DNA of 64,000 nt, from positions 110,112,001 to 110,176,000 of the forward strand of contig NC_043002.1 of NCBI RefSeq assembly GCF_006345805.1, written 5' to 3'. Numbering within the stretch: position 1 is the stretch's first letter; each line of letters opens with the position of its first letter. Below the pieces are notes generated by a model. It searched no databases and was not told where the DNA came from. It saw only the letters and a program-made list of their open reading frames with translations. Of this stretch, positions 12,363-26,920 are shown piece after piece. The stretch comes from Octopus sinensis. Its lineage: Eukaryota. Both the position numbers and the translations under genes were made by a program.

Positions 12363-13574
12363 GTCTGGATAGTACTGTACCTTAAACAGTCTTACTGAAT
12401 TATCAATGTCGCAACACCCATTACATATCATGGATTTAATATTCCTGATATTGAGTAAGTAATCCTATTAATTTACGCACTTAACATCACTTAGTACTTG
12501 TTCATACATGATCATCACTATCATCATCATAGTTTAATGTTCACTTTCTATATTGGTTTTTGTAAGTGTTGGTAAAATGTTTTTATAGGTTTTGCATAAA
12601 TATACTTTAAGTGCATTATACAAATACATTCCACATACTCTTATATAAATATATACAATGTGCATCACATAAATGCACTTTTGTGAATGTATGTGCATGT
12701 GTATACTGATCATTTTATGGGGTTTACAAAGTTTTTCAATGTTTCTAAATTCATGAAATTGTGAATTCATGAAAGTACTTTACAAATCATGTGATGTGTG
12801 TTATATGTACATGGCTTTGCATTCAAGCATGAGTGCCCATGATCAAATAAAGAAGTAACATTTTTATTCTGTTATAGATATCAACATTATATCTGTTATA
12901 TATATTATATGTTAATTTATCCTGACAGGATAGGTAGTAAAGTTGACAAGGAATTACATTTGAAATTTCACAGTTTAAACTGTTGTTTGTGTAGGTAGGG
13001 AGAGAAAGTGTTTTTCTTTTTTCCTAATGTTCAAAATGTTTACTTAAATCCTTAAATCCTTAAAAATGTTTTAGCCTGAAGGCCACGGCCATGCTGGGGC
13101 ACCACCGCTATTAAATATTTGGGCTCAAGTTATGATATCAAATTTCTCGGTAATATGGAGATTGCTTCTGTTGTCTTGTCTCATAGATGCTCCAGTTTAT
13201 TTGAGCATTTATTTTCTTTTTGATGACATTGGCGTCCAGAGGACAGCCGATTTCCACCACAGAGTATATTTTTCATTGTCCCATATAATAATATTTGATC
13301 AGTGTTTTAACTTGGAAGCTGTTTTAATTTTTAAGTTCCACTAATATTCTTCCGACCCATCAGTCTCAATATAGTCAACGTTGACTGTTGGTAATTTCCT
13401 TTTTCTTATTCTGTTCTAGGTTCTTCAGGTCAGCACACCATGCCTCATGGGAAAATAATATCTAGAAGACATTCTCTAACAGTTGGCAATAATGTGGTTG
13501 ATGTTTTCAATTTCAGTTTTGCACAGCCTATAATTGTTGGTCAGTGTTTTCTGCTTTTTATGTTGCAAGTGCTT

Positions 13575-14005
13575 GGTGATGATCTATTGTTCTTAAATTG
13601 CCTGGACATAATCATCAGAGTGGGATATCATAAACTTGTCAATACTTCATGCCAAGCAGAAGTAGTAGGGGAGTATCATAGCCCTCTGTTGAGAGGAATT
13701 CTTTGGGGTTTGAATAATTCACCTTTGGAAACATGGATGTTTTGTTCATCATCCTTAAACAAACTTTATTTAGAGACCTTTTGAGCAGGATACGCTACTC
13801 GATCTGAAGAAAATTCTAACTGGGCCCTATTTGCAAGACCATGCACTGTTTATCTTGATATGAAATTATCACATACGGTTGTGATGCATGTGTCTGGTGT
13901 ACCCTTATTAGATAGGTAATCAAGATGCGTATATTGGGCTTTGTATATTTGTACCCCAGTGTCATTTTGATGGCATGCAATGCTCTCTCGCTCAATGATA
14001 ATATC
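13575..14005 (+). repeat. Dispersed repeat family D (~470 bp, (AAT)n tail; SINE or LINE 3' end)
   Basis: Homologous to 25170-25650, 31808-32268 and 32270-32716 (gaaaattctaactgggccc..gtgatgcatgtgcctggtgtaccc). Confidence 0.75.
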
Positions 14006-14512
14006 AATAATAATCATCATCATCATTTAGCATCCGCTTTCCATGCTAGCATGGGTTGGATGGTTTAACTGGGGTCTGTGAAGCCAGAAGGTTGCATCAG
14101 GCCCAGTCTGATCTGGTAGTGTTTCTACGGCTGGATGCCCTTCCTATCGCCAACCACTCCAAGAGTGTAGTGGGTGCTTTTTACGTGCCACCCGCACAGG
14201 TGCCAGATGGAGCTGGCAAACGGCCACGGACAGATGGTGCTTTTTACGTGCCACAATGATAATAATAATTATAACCAAAAACAGGAATGATAATCGCTGT
14301 AATCTGATAGCTATCTCAATCTGTTCTGACTAAATATTGCCTGGAGATAGGAAAACTATTAAAGTTCAAGGTTTTTTAAATGGAAACCAGCAGAATGTAG
14401 GGAAGTAAAGACAGCATTAAATATATAACTGGAACGTTAGGTATGATAAAGAAATATAGAAACAAATAAGAAAGAACATATCAAGGCTTACAACTGTACA
14501 TTTTTACACAGA

Positions 14513-14680
14513 GCAGGAGTGGCTGTGTGGTAAGTAGCTTGCTAACCAGCCACATGGTTCCGGGTTCAGTCCCACTGCGTGGCATCTTGGGCAAGTGTCT
14601 TCTGCTATAGCCCCGGGCCGACCAATGCCTTGTGAGTGGATTTGGTAGACAGAAACTGAAAGAAGCCTGTCGTATATATG

Positions 14681-14711
<31 letters not shown>

Positions 14712-14929
14712 TTGTGTGTCTGTGTTTGTCCCCCTAGCATTGCTTGACAACTGATGCTGGTGTGTTTACGTCCCCCGTCACTTAGCGGTTCGGCAAAAGA
14801 GACCGATAAAATTAGTACTGGGCTTACAAATGAATAAGTCCCGGAGTCGAGTTGCTCGATTAAAGGCGGTGCTCCAGCATGGCCGCAGTCAAATGACTGA
14901 AACAAGTAAAAGAGTAAAGAGTAAAGAGA
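14513..14929 (+). mobile_element. SINE family B
   Basis: Identity to family B. Confidence 0.9.
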
Positions 14930-15065
14930 GCAAAATATGCTTAATTCAATAGTAAAATCTGTGCAGCACATGTTCTGCATCGCTCATACAACAAATATTT
15001 TTCTTGATCATTGATATAAGCTGCACAAACCTCATCAGTATAAAAAGACAACATAAACTCTTACA

Positions 15066-15455
15066 TGGATGGATGGAAGCACTCTGTCGGTTACGACGAC
15101 GAGGGTTCCGGTTGATCCGATCAACGGAACAGCCTGCTCGTGAAATTAACGTGTAAGTGGCTGAGCACTCCACAGACACGTGTACCCTTAACGTAGTTCT
15201 CGGGGATATTCAGCATGACACAGAGAGTGACAAGGCCGGCCCTTTGAAATACAGGTACAACAGAAACAGGAAGTAAGAGTGAGAGAAAGTTGTGGTGAAA
15301 GAGTACAGCAGGGATCACCACCATCCCCTGCCGGAGCCTCGTGGAGCTTTAGGTGTTTTCGCTCAATAAACACTCACAACGACCGGTCTGGGAATCGAAA
15401 CCGCGATCCTATGACCACGAGTCCACTGCCCTAACCACTGGGCCATTGCGCCTCC
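15066..15455 (-). mobile_element. SINE family A
   Basis: 10-bp TSD aactcttaca (15056-15065, 15456-15465). Confidence 0.92.
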
Positions 15456-15635
15456 AACTCTTACATAACTGCCACATGAAACACATCCCAACAGTTTACG
15501 TAACTCATACTCTACACAGTTGCTACCTAATAATGTAGCATACATTCTTTCTTTACAATCACCACCCAACATTATGGCTCAAAACATGCAACATGTATAT
15601 GAAACACCATAAGAATCTTCCAAATTAATGCTTAC

Positions 15636-15650
15636 CATAACCAGCCTCTT
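15636..15650 (-). CDS. Gene 1 exon 7: 15-nt micro-exon (L)RGWL(C), phase 2-2
   Basis: tttcatctacttattgtgcag AAGAGGCTGGTTATG gtaagc; TG plus the first T of exon 8 gives Cys. Confidence 0.6.
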
Positions 15651-16259
15651 CTGCACAATAAGTAGATGAAACATTAAAGTACCACCAGAAACAATTAAGC
15701 AAACCCTTCCAACAAAGCAAATAAAAAGCCGCACGCAATTCCGCACCCTCTCTCAAAAGACTATATTTCACACACCTCAGGAACGGATGATGCACATGAA
15801 AATGCAATAGAAACTCTCACAAAATTGTTACAATAAATTACAGTAAAATATGAGATGGTTTGAAAGAAACAATCTCATAGTTTTTTGATGTCAAGTCATA
15901 GCCAAATGAGAATAGGTCTACAGGCATGACAGAATTGGAGCATTAGAATGACACCACCAGCATTATGAAACCCACCACCACCACCACCACCAATTTCATC
16001 TATGCATGTATATATATATATATATATTGCTAAACCTCGCTAAGATATTTCAATTAACCTGAAGATTGACTGTAACCATAACTCGAATTATTACGAATTG
16101 GACAGCCATGAAACGATCGTAGTGTTTTACTCATTATCTTTTATTAAACTTTTAATACTTTTGATATATATTTAAAATAATATAAATTAATTAATTTTAT
16201 GTATTGGCTTAAGTTTTTCATTGTTTGATTTGCCTAATAGTGGTTTTATCTCTAATTTA

Positions 16260-16668
<409 letters not shown>

Positions 16669-17839
16669 ATATATGCGACTGGTTGTATGGTTCTATAGGC
16701 CTATATGCATGTGTGAATGGATGGGTCTACACAAATATGTACAATATTTTGTCCTGTTTACTCAGTACTTAAAAATATTAAATGTGGTTCCCTACCCATC
16801 TATATTACTTCATTTCAAGTGAATATCATATATATTCATGCAGACGTATTTATGTGTGTGCATCTTAGTAAATATGTAAATGTAAACATTTTCAGTGTAT
16901 ATGACGATTTTGTCAATAAAGCTGACTGTTATTTCAGTGACAATAGAACATAATGAGCTAATGTAGTTTTTAAAGAAATATTTCCTTTCAATTTCAATAG
17001 AAAGCTTTGTTGACTGTTAGCAAGCACAATGTCTTTTGTATTGCATTTAAAATAACACAAAGAAAGTATTCAAGTGGCAGTTATTTGAAATGTAAAAATA
17101 TCATTATCTTTCCATGGAAAAGGCATGGGAAAATGTAGAGACAAGTTACTTTAATGGGGATACTAATAACAGCTCTCAGGTAGAAAGAGTGGCGTCCAAC
17201 TTGAGCAAGTATAGCATCTCAACAATTGGAAGATAAATGCACTCTGTAGCATGGTTGTTCTTCTAGCCTTTACTCTTGACAAAAAAAAAGGAAATGATTC
17301 ATATAATTTCATTAAAAATATTTTCCTTAAAAAATATTACACATTTAAATGTCATATCTAATTTTTTATTTGGTTGAAATGTTTGGCTTATTCATTTTCT
17401 GATGAAAAAAAAACTCTTTGCTTTGTAACCAAGACGATAAGTAAATCTTTATACAATCACTCATTCTACTAGAAGTAACATTTAAATCTCTTTCAAATCA
17501 CTGTGTAGTCACAGATGCAAAAAATGGGATAGGAGGATTACAGTTAGAATATGTTTAATCATAGTTTTGATTGTTCTCTAGTGCTGACCTGAGGCTGAAT
17601 ATCAAAAACAAGAATAACAAAAACAACACAAATAGCAACAGTAACAATTACAACAACAACAACTCTGTTTTTTTTTCTTATTGTATAAACTACAGATAAA
17701 CAAAAGCCCAAGGACGTGAACCATGTTATTCTTGAAAATGGACTAAATTCGAACATAGATCTAGACTTGGCCATCAATGTGACAGTGCTAACAATAACAA
17801 CAACGACGACAATGATAATAGTCACTGAGTTAGGCACAT

Positions 17840-18068
17840 ACTCTTTTACTCTCTGTTACTTGTTTCAGTCATTTGACTGTGGCCATGCTGGAGCACTGCC
17901 TTTAATCGAGCAACTCGACCCCAGGACTTATTCTTTTGTAAGCCCAGTACTTATTCTATCGGTCTCTTTTGCCGAACCACTAAGTTACGGGGACATAAAC
18001 ACACCAGCATCGGTTGTCAAGCAATGCTAGGGGGACAAACACGGACACACAAACACACACACATAAAC

Positions 18069-18101
<33 letters not shown>

Positions 18102-18260
18102 TATACAACAGGCTTCTTTCAGTTTCCATCTATCAAATCCACTCACAAGGCATTGGTCGGCCCGGGGCTATAGCAGAAGACACTTGCCCAAGATGCCACG
18201 CAGTGGGACTGAACCCAGAAGCATGTGGCTGGTTAGCAAGCTACTTACCACACAGCCACT
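17840..18260 (-). mobile_element. SINE family B
   Basis: Identity to family B. Confidence 0.9.
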
Positions 18261-18489
18261 CAATTTTTCACTTTGTACTCTCCTGGATTAGCTCCTGAAG
18301 CACAGAAATTCACTTCTGTCTCAAAAAATTCTCCTAACTACATTTTTTTTCTAGGAATAATGATGAGTTAAAAAATTCTGTTTGTTCATTTTTTGCATGT
18401 ATTCAAACAATAATTTCATTTAGTAATGTTTTAATAAATCATGTCTCAGAAAGAAAGGGCAAACCATGTTTTCACACTAAGAGAATCAA

Positions 18490-18571
18490 ATAATAATGAT
18501 AATGATGATGATGATGATGATGATGATTGATGATGATGATGATGATGACGATGATGATGATGATGATGATA

Positions 18572-18612
<41 letters not shown>

Positions 18613-18681
18613 AATGATGATGATGATGACGATGATGATGATGATGATGATAATGATGATGATGATGATGATGATGATGAT

Positions 18682-18729
<48 letters not shown>

Positions 18730-18747
18730 CGACGACGATGATGATGA
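18490..18747. repeat. (GAT)n microsatellite, ~260 bp
   Basis: Direct reading; source of the poly-D/M/H ORFs. Confidence 0.97.
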
Positions 18748-19270
18748 TTTCTTTTAATCTAATAATAAGGATTTTTGGCCATGAGATCCCATGATGGGGC
18801 AGTATGAGGATGAAGTACAAAGCAATGAGGATTGAGATCCATAAAAATAAAAGTGAAATTTTTAAAAAAATAGATAACAATGTCAACAAGAAATTATTCC
18901 CAACTCACAATTAAAATGCAATTAATTGACTTCCGACCAATCACATTGCTTAGTTTGTGGAGTTTAGTAAATGCCTGGCAACATAAAATGGTTGATGTTA
19001 AACATTCCACCTTAGTCTACACTTGACTCAGGACTGCAGCTTGGTTCATCATAGTATTTCAAGAACCCTGCTGGTGCATCAATCTTGGAGCATGCATATA
19101 CATCATCAGCCAGTAGCATCCCGAGACCCACATAAAGGGGTTGCTGGTATTCAGTAGATGTCCTGACTAAAAAGTGAAAGAGTATACATTCCTAACTGGT
19201 CAGGTGTTTCTTGGTAAAAGCATAACTGTCAGGCAATAGTTTCTTTTCTGAGTGAGGTTGTCTAACACAC

Positions 19271-19684
19271 TTACTCTTTACTCTCTTTTACTCTTTTACT
19301 TGTTTCAGTCATTTGACTGCGGCCATGCTGGAGCACCGCCTTTAGTCAAGCAACTCGACCCCGGGACTTATTCTTTTTGTAAGCCCAGTACTTATTCTAT
19401 CGGTCTCTTTTGCTGAACCGCTAAGTAACGGGGACGTAAACACACCAGCATCGGTTGTCAAGCAATGCTAGGGAGACAAACACAGACACACAAACACACA
19501 CACACATATATACATATATACAATGGGCTTCTTTCAGTTTCCGTCTACCAAATCCACTCACAAGGCTTTGGTCGGCCCGAGGCTATAGTAGAAGACACTT
19601 GCCCAAGGTGCCACACAGTGGGACTGAACCCGGAACCATGTGGTTGGTAAACAAGCTACTTACCACACAGCCACTCCTGCGCCT
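19271..19684 (-). mobile_element. SINE family B
   Basis: Identity to family B. Confidence 0.9.
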
Positions 19685-20693
19685 TTTCTCTATTTGTGGC
19701 CTTTTCTCATATTTTCTCTACACGGAGGCCTGGTCCCACCCAGATCCTGAGCACCTTAACCAAATTCTCTACTCAAATTCAGCAACAGAAACTACCATTA
19801 GCTGATATTGACTTAGTTTTCCAGGTTCCAAATTGCAAACCCTCCAACTTGTCCCTTTTGATGAAAGCTTCTGTAATCAAGTACTCTTCTAAGATACGAT
19901 GTTGATTATCATGATTTCTGAACTGTCTAACACTGTGTTACCTGCCTATGCAGACACAGCTCTCCTATGTCCACTTTTAAGTCAGATCTCCTCTCCAGAA
20001 CATTGGCTCTCTGGAATTCCCTCTCTGCCCATGTCTTTCTTGTAGGGTTTGGCTTACAATAATTTGAGCAAAATATTAATTGTATCAATTTCACTGAACT
20101 TTAAGGATGGCTGAAGACAATAGGCACTGCTCCTTTCTTCAGATCCAGGAGGCAAAAGAAAAGAAGGATGTCATTTTTAGGAAATGTAGTTTACATGGAT
20201 ATGAACAGTAAAACAGGCCACAGGCATGAAATATGCTTGAAAATGTGATATGAACTGAAAAAGAAAATGTTAATGGCACAATCCAACAAAGGAGCTTCAT
20301 GAAGTTACCTCATTTTCCAATATCAGAAGTAAATCTTTCTCATGCATCTGTGTACCATTGGAGGTAGGGTACATACTTTAGTCAGTTCATAATCTTAAAT
20401 ATAGGTTACGAATGGTTAAATTGAATGATTTGGCAATAGGCTTCCTCCATGCTAAAGGTCTGTTCAAGCAGAACTGACTTAATAAAATAATGTAATAAGT
20501 GAGGCTCTGTAACCATCACATTAGAAGTGGTAGTTTACTGACTGTATAAGTTCTGTATATTAGGTCAATGAGAAAGAAAGTTGAGGATTAATGAAAATGT
20601 AGGGTGAGTGTGTCAAAAGTGATTATTAAACAAGTAATTAAAAATGATATGATATGCAAAAATTAAGAAATAATAAATTGATATTCTGCTTAC

Positions 20694-20789
20694 AAGGTTT
20701 GAGGACACACCATAAAGGCATTGTGAGGGCATCTCATTATCTTTACACCAAGTTTTGTTAATCTTTTGGTACAAGTATATGAACATTTT
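20694..20789 (-). CDS. Gene 1 exon 6: Cys-rich exon (96 nt, phase 2-2)
   Basis: tattttcattttcag/GTAAGC; (I)KCSYTCTKRLTKLGVKIMRCPHNAFMVCPQT(L), open only in the frame the chain requires. Confidence 0.75.
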
Positions 20790-22355
20790 CTGAAAATGAA
20801 AATATATGTAATTAAAATTTTAAAAAAATTGTTTTGAAGTATCTAATTAAAAATATTTTTGGAAGTTTTCAAAAAACTTTAATTAAATTCCTTATGTGCA
20901 CCACACACTTAAAACATTAACATGGAAAGCAGCAACTTTTTTCTGAAGATCTACTTGTATTTTTTTTTTTTTTGCTACATTTGCCCAGAGTTCACACACA
21001 TATATATATATAATATCATACATATAATAATATCCTGGATATTCTCAAATTTCCATTGCTTGTAATGAAAAAAATTAAATTGTGACACAAAAACACCCCA
21101 TCTAATGGATATCAAGGGCTCAATGGTCCTCAAATATATTAAATTTGAAAAATTTTCTGAAAAATCCAAGTTTCTTAGAGAACACTTCAGTGGTTTACTT
21201 ATGAACTGCAACTCATCTATCGCTGATCCTTGCACTAAAACATGACTATTTTAACTTTAAATTTTTTAACACTATTTTCAAAATGAGTGTATTAAGACTG
21301 AAAGTCACCAAACCCCCTTGGCAGAATTCTGTTTTACGCATGGCATTTAACCCCTCATAACCTTTTCATTTTGGAATTTTCAGAAAATTTTTGCGAATTT
21401 ATGTTCTATACATGTGAAATCATATGACTATGCAAAAGCCAAAAACAAAAAAAATTTTTGTTTGAATTAATGGGTATTTAGCCGCTATTTTTAGCACATC
21501 TCACGTCCACATCATACCTTCCACATTTGTTTGTCACTCTGATGTATTGATGCTTTTTATTATCTTTCTTCCCATAATGGTCTATTGGTGGGATTTCAAC
21601 CAAAAATTCGAACTGTCCATATTTTTAACTATGATTAAAAAAAAAGTTGGGAAAATCTTTTTGAAAACTTAAAAATAAAATTTAAAAGACAAATTTTTCT
21701 AAAGAATTTAAAAAAAAAACTTTTTTTGCAGTCATATGATTTCCTGTGTGTGGAACACAAATTCACAAAATCCCCAAAATAAAAAAAGTTATCAGGAGTT
21801 ATATAAGCAGAATCATACCCACAAGTTTTGCTGTTCTGAAACAAAAAAGGGTGGTGATGGTCGTGGTGGTGGTGGGGGATATAACTCACCCTTTTCTTTT
21901 TCTATTTTTTTCAAGTCAGCAAAAGTTGTGATATTTAGGGTTCGTAACTTAATTTTAATACATTTGGCATGTTTTTGGAGCTTTCCTATGTTTATTTATG
22001 CATTCTTTAAATTTTATAGTCCTGCTATCACATTCCAACCCTCACAAAATTTATTTTCTGGCTGGAAATTGCATCCATGTGTTTGGTGCTTCTTGCTTAA
22101 TGTGCAATTTATTTTTACTTGTGTGATACTAAATTGTGAAAACACTAGAGTATTACCACCACCATTATTTGTTTTTATGTACATTTGTGGTAGTCTAATA
22201 AAATTCCACATGAATAGGGTCACTTTTACTTCATTTATCACTGTTGCCAAAACCTCCCATCTCTGCAATAACTGTGTGGGAAAAATCATATAAATAAGAT
22301 TTCAAATACCGTATATAACTTTCTAATACATTTTTCAACATTTAAGTTAATTTAA

Positions 22356-22574
22356 CCCTTTAGTATTTAAACCTGCCATATCCGGCCAAAATAGCTAATC
22401 TATTTTATGTTCAAACTGACCAGATCCAGGCTCTCACACCTACCCTACAATGTTATTCTACATTAAGTAATTACACCATCAAGATCTTGAAGATATGAGA
22501 CAATGCATAATTAATTCAAGTCAATGGGAATCAATAGGTATTATGTTTGATTCAATAATCTGAACACTAAAGGG
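22356..22574. mobile_element. piggyBac-type MITE (TTAA TSD)
   Basis: TTAA|CCCTTTAG...CTAAAGGG|TTAA. Confidence 0.8.
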
Positions 22575-22586
22575 TTAAAAACTCAC

Positions 22587-22638
22587 ATACACAAGGTTGG
22601 AGATTCATAGTCAAGGTTTAGTACTTTTGAAAGGTATC
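22587..22638 (-). CDS. Gene 1 exon 5 (52 nt, phase 1-2)
   Basis: cagcatttttag/GTGAGT; (R)YLSKVLNLDYESPTLC(I); a second AG at 22656-22655 does not fit the upstream phase. Confidence 0.65.
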
Positions 22639-22726
22639 CTAAAAATGCTGATGTCTACAAGATTTATGACATCACAGCAGCCACTTCAATGCAAAAGCTA
22701 AAAGAACTTGCACTGGCTTACCAAAA

Positions 22727-22968
22727 CACACCAGCATTGGTTGTCAAGCGATGGTGGTGGGGTGGGGGGTGGGGACAAACATGGACATACAAATACATAC
22801 ATATATACGATGGGATTCTTTCAGTTTCTGTCTACCAAATCCACTCACAAGGCTTTGGTCAGCCTGAGGCTATAGTAGAAGACACTTGCCCAAAGTGTCA
22901 TGTAGTGGAACTGAACCCAGAACCATGTGGTTGGGAAGCAAGCTTCTTACCACAGACCTACACTTATG
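22727..22968 (-). mobile_element. SINE family B, older and truncated
   Basis: Diverged 5' half of family B. Confidence 0.75.
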
Positions 22969-24137
22969 CCACATATGTATGTGTGTGTGTGTGTGTAAGT
23001 GTGTGTATGTATATATATATATATATAATGTGTGTGTGTGTGTGTATATATGTATATAGATAGATACATATGTATGTATATATAATGTGTGTGTGTGTGT
23101 ATATATATATGTATATAGATAGATACATATGTATGTATATATATGTGCGTGTGTGTATATGTGCATACGTTTGAAGAGGAAAATATGAAGGAATGAATAA
23201 GAATACAGTATTATTGTGATATGTAGTCATTGCATGATTAGGTGGTTGTGCAATGTGTGTTACTAGGAACTTCTGCTCTGTTGACTATTATTATCAGTAT
23301 TTGCTTCAGGAGCAATGAACTTGTCCAGAGTTGTTTTGATGTTTATTGCACAGAAGTAGAGATTTCTGTTCGAACTGAGCTCATTATGGGACATCTCTTA
23401 TAATTTTATATTACATTCACAATTATGATTGTTATCAACAAAGACTTACCAACTTTCTTGTTTAAATGTCAACCATTAAACCATATTCTTGCATTCACAG
23501 TAAGTGGAATGGGTGGAGTTTCTGTATCCTCTTTTTGTCCTGCAGCTTATACATATTTGAAATGGTATCATCTCATTAGACAAGGTTTTGAATGGGATTC
23601 AGGTATCTCAGCCATGTAATCTAAGGCTTCTTCAAACTATACATCATTTATTTGTCACAATATTTAGTTGACCTTTATGCACTCTGCTAATGGAAAACCT
23701 GTGGTCAAGGATAGAGCCAGAACATGTTTTGTCAAACTCCATTCATTGCTAAGAGTTTCACTTATCCCATGGCTCAGCTATGCTATTTACTGCATCCATA
23801 ATACTGTATTTTTTCAGTAGACTCTTAACTGTAGGTCTATCCCTATCATCAATTGCTTTTATGAGTTTTTTCAAAGACCTTCTCAAACTAAATGCATTGA
23901 AGTTAGGTCCTACACCTTGATTCATTGGCTAGAGCAAAGTGTGTTAGAGGATATATTCTACTCTTATTTTACAAGAAAGATCACTTAAATTTATTGGATT
24001 GCTTGATGCATTGTTTAAAAGGAACAGCAATTTGCTGGAAATATAGCATCTAGCACTGTATCTTTCAGCAGCAAATCAAAAATGGCTGTCAATAAATCTT
24101 GGAAAAGGCTTGTAGTCATCAAAATCTATTTGATCAC

Positions 24138-26920
24138 TGTTGTGTGGAAGTAGAACACCCCTATTTGGTTGGTTCCTAATGGACTGTGCCACAATATAAT
24201 TGAACATGCGCAGAGGATGTGGAGAGAGTAAGTGAGCTGTGTAAAGCTGAGAGTTGCATATTACCAAGTGTAATTACAAGTATTGTTTATCTTGAGCAGA
24301 ATGATTTGCGAGGAAGTTATTTATTATCCCGTTATATTGTACGTTGAATGTGTGATACAACAGTGGTGATGAGGATTCAGATAATATTGCCACTGATGCC
24401 ACATTGACGTCGAGGTTTCAAACAGTACTGAGGATTCGAACACTATTGAAACTGAAAATAGTACCGAAATGGAAGAGTTACTGAAAGCAGTCATAGAAAA
24501 ACAAGAGCAGCAGCAGCAGCAACTACAGAAGCTAACAGAGTTATTACTGCAGTCGAGAAATACGACAGAATCATTTTCAGCAGATGGTGTTGCAAATTCC
24601 ATCGAAAAAATTTCACAACAATCCGGATGAAGGAACTACTTTTACTGCATAATACAGACGACACGAAGACATATTCCAAAAGGAATGCAAGGGATGGTCA
24701 AGTGAAAGGAAATTAAGGGTCCTTTTGTGAAAACTTGCCCCTCTGGAACATGAAAGTTTTTGTAACTTTATTTTGTCAAGAAAGAATTGTGTTTTGAAGA
24801 AACAATAGATATTTTGACTAATATTTTTGATGCAAAAAAGTCGCTGTTTAATATTCGGTGGGAATATTTAAATTTAAAGAAGAATGAGTCCGTCGACTTT
24901 GTAACATATGCCGGTATTGTTAATAAGGCTTGTGAAAGGTTTAAGCTTGGAGAATTAATGCAAATTATGTTTAAGTGCCTAATATTCATTAAAGGGCTTG
25001 TGGTAATGGAAGACATGGAAATTAGAAAAAGAATATTATCAAAGTTGAATCAAGACGTTGAACTAACCTTGCAGAAAGTGGCTGAGGAATGCCAACAAAT
25101 AATAAACCTTCAAGAAGATACAAGAAAAATAGAAGACAATAATAATAATAATAATTGTCTTGGTATAAAAGATAGGCTACAGCAAATATTCTGCTCAATA
25201 CCACAGATTTGCTTGTCAGTTGTTTGACCTTAACCAGTTGAGCATGTCCCTTAGTGGCTGACGATATGTGCATCTCTGATCATGAGCAGAAGTAGTGGGG
25301 GAGCATCATAGCCATGTGTTGAAATGAATTCTTGGAGGTTTGTATAATTCAGCTTTGGAAAAATGGGTGGTTTGTTCAACATCCTTAAACAATCCTTATT
25401 CAGGGACCTTTTGAGCAGGATGGGCTACTCAACCAGAAGAAAATTCTAACTGGGCCCCACCTGCAAGTTCATGCGCTGTTTATCTTGATATGAGATCACC
25501 ATGTCGCGCACATATGGTTGTGATGCATGTGCCTGGTGTACACTTATCAGATGGGTAGTCATAAGGGGTATACTGCGCTTCATATATTTTACCCCAGTGT
25601 CACTTTGATGGCATGAACTGCTCTCTCACTCAATAATAATAATAATGATAATGTACAAACGTGATTAAAGTAAAATGTAAAAAATGAGAAACCGAAGAAT
25701 GTCTACTCAACAAAAATAAATTATATCATAGTAAACTGAAAATTTGTGTTGGTAAATATAAATGGTTTTCAGGGGAAAATACAGTTAGTTACCAGTTCAG
25801 ACATCGTTAATTAATACAGCAACATGGATTAAGATAGGAAGGTTGTTATACAAAAAGACTACTGAGAGAGCTCACGATATATCAGGGGAATGAGATATCA
25901 GGGCAAAATTTCGCTAGAAATAAAACTTAAAGATATAATGTGGAAAAGTAAAATAATGGTATCTAAAAATACAATGAATCTATTCGGTACAGATTTAATG
26001 GAAGAATTCGACCTGTGGGATCTACCATTGAATACATTATGTAATAAGGTGAATGACAGCCCATGTCAGATAATACATTGGAAAAACTGAAATTAAAATT
26101 AAAGAAGATGTACCCTGATGTGTTCTCAAAGGAACTTGGAACATGTAAAAAAATCAAAGTAAAGTTTGAGTTGAAAGAAAATGCAGTGCTGGTGTTCAAA
26201 CCAAAAAGGGATGTGCATTTTGCAGCATTAAACCAAGTTGAGAAGGAACTAAAAAGGTTGGAAGACATGGAGGTAATTGAAAAAGTAGACTACTCAGAGT
26301 AGGCGGTTCCTTCTGTATATATAAAAAAAAGAAAAACAACAAAATAAGAGTATTTGCAAACTTCTCATCAGGTCTTAATGATTGTTTAAAAAATTACAAG
26401 TATCTGCCTCTGAGGCCAGAAGAAATATTTGCAAAGTGCAATGGTGGGAAAATTTTTCCAAGCTGGATTTGTCAGAGGCCTACCTCCGATTATTGATAGA
26501 TGAGGAATGTGCTAAAGTATTAACAATTAATACTCATAAAGGTCTGTACCATTTCAAAAGACTGCCATTTGGGGTTAAGATCACACCAGCAATATTTCAG
26601 CAAGTGATGGACACTATGCTAGCAGACTGTGAGTTTGGATGACATATTGATCAAAAGTGAATTGAGGGACCAGCATATTGAACATACAAAAAATATATTT
26701 AAAAGAATAAGTGACTATGGATTTAAAGTAAGGGAAAATAAATGCAATTTTATTTTAACAAAAATAAAGTACTTGGGACAGGTGATTGATGAAAACAGAT
26801 GAAAACTGGACCCTTCTAGGATCGGCGCAATAAAAAATATGCCTGCTCCCACTAACAAAACAACATTACAAGCATTCTTAGATCTGGTAAGATAGTTTAC
26901 AAACATAAACCTATCCTTAA
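24138..26920 (+). mobile_element. Ty3/Gypsy LTR retrotransposon relic (5' LTR, PBS, gag, protease, RT; 3'-truncated)
   Basis: LTR tgttg(24138)..caaca(24362), PBS-like tggtgatgagg; gag FKCLIFIKGL..EIRKRILSKL; RT FSKLDLSEAY..RLPFGVKITPAIFQQVMD; interrupted by family D at ~25170-25650. Confidence 0.88.

Noticed and set aside
12396-12444. Minus-strand Cys-containing candidate exon (NIKSMICNGCCDIDNS)
   Set aside because: Phase 2-0 does not fit between exon 7 (ends phase 2) and exon 8 (starts phase 2)
18446-18889. Poly-His/Asp/Met ORFs
   Set aside because: Translations of the (GAT)n microsatellite
19690-20050. Possible L1/Tx1-type fragment, with similar decayed pieces at 1080-1370, 7560-7900 and 11780-11960
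   Set aside because: Too degraded to assign a family from sequence alone
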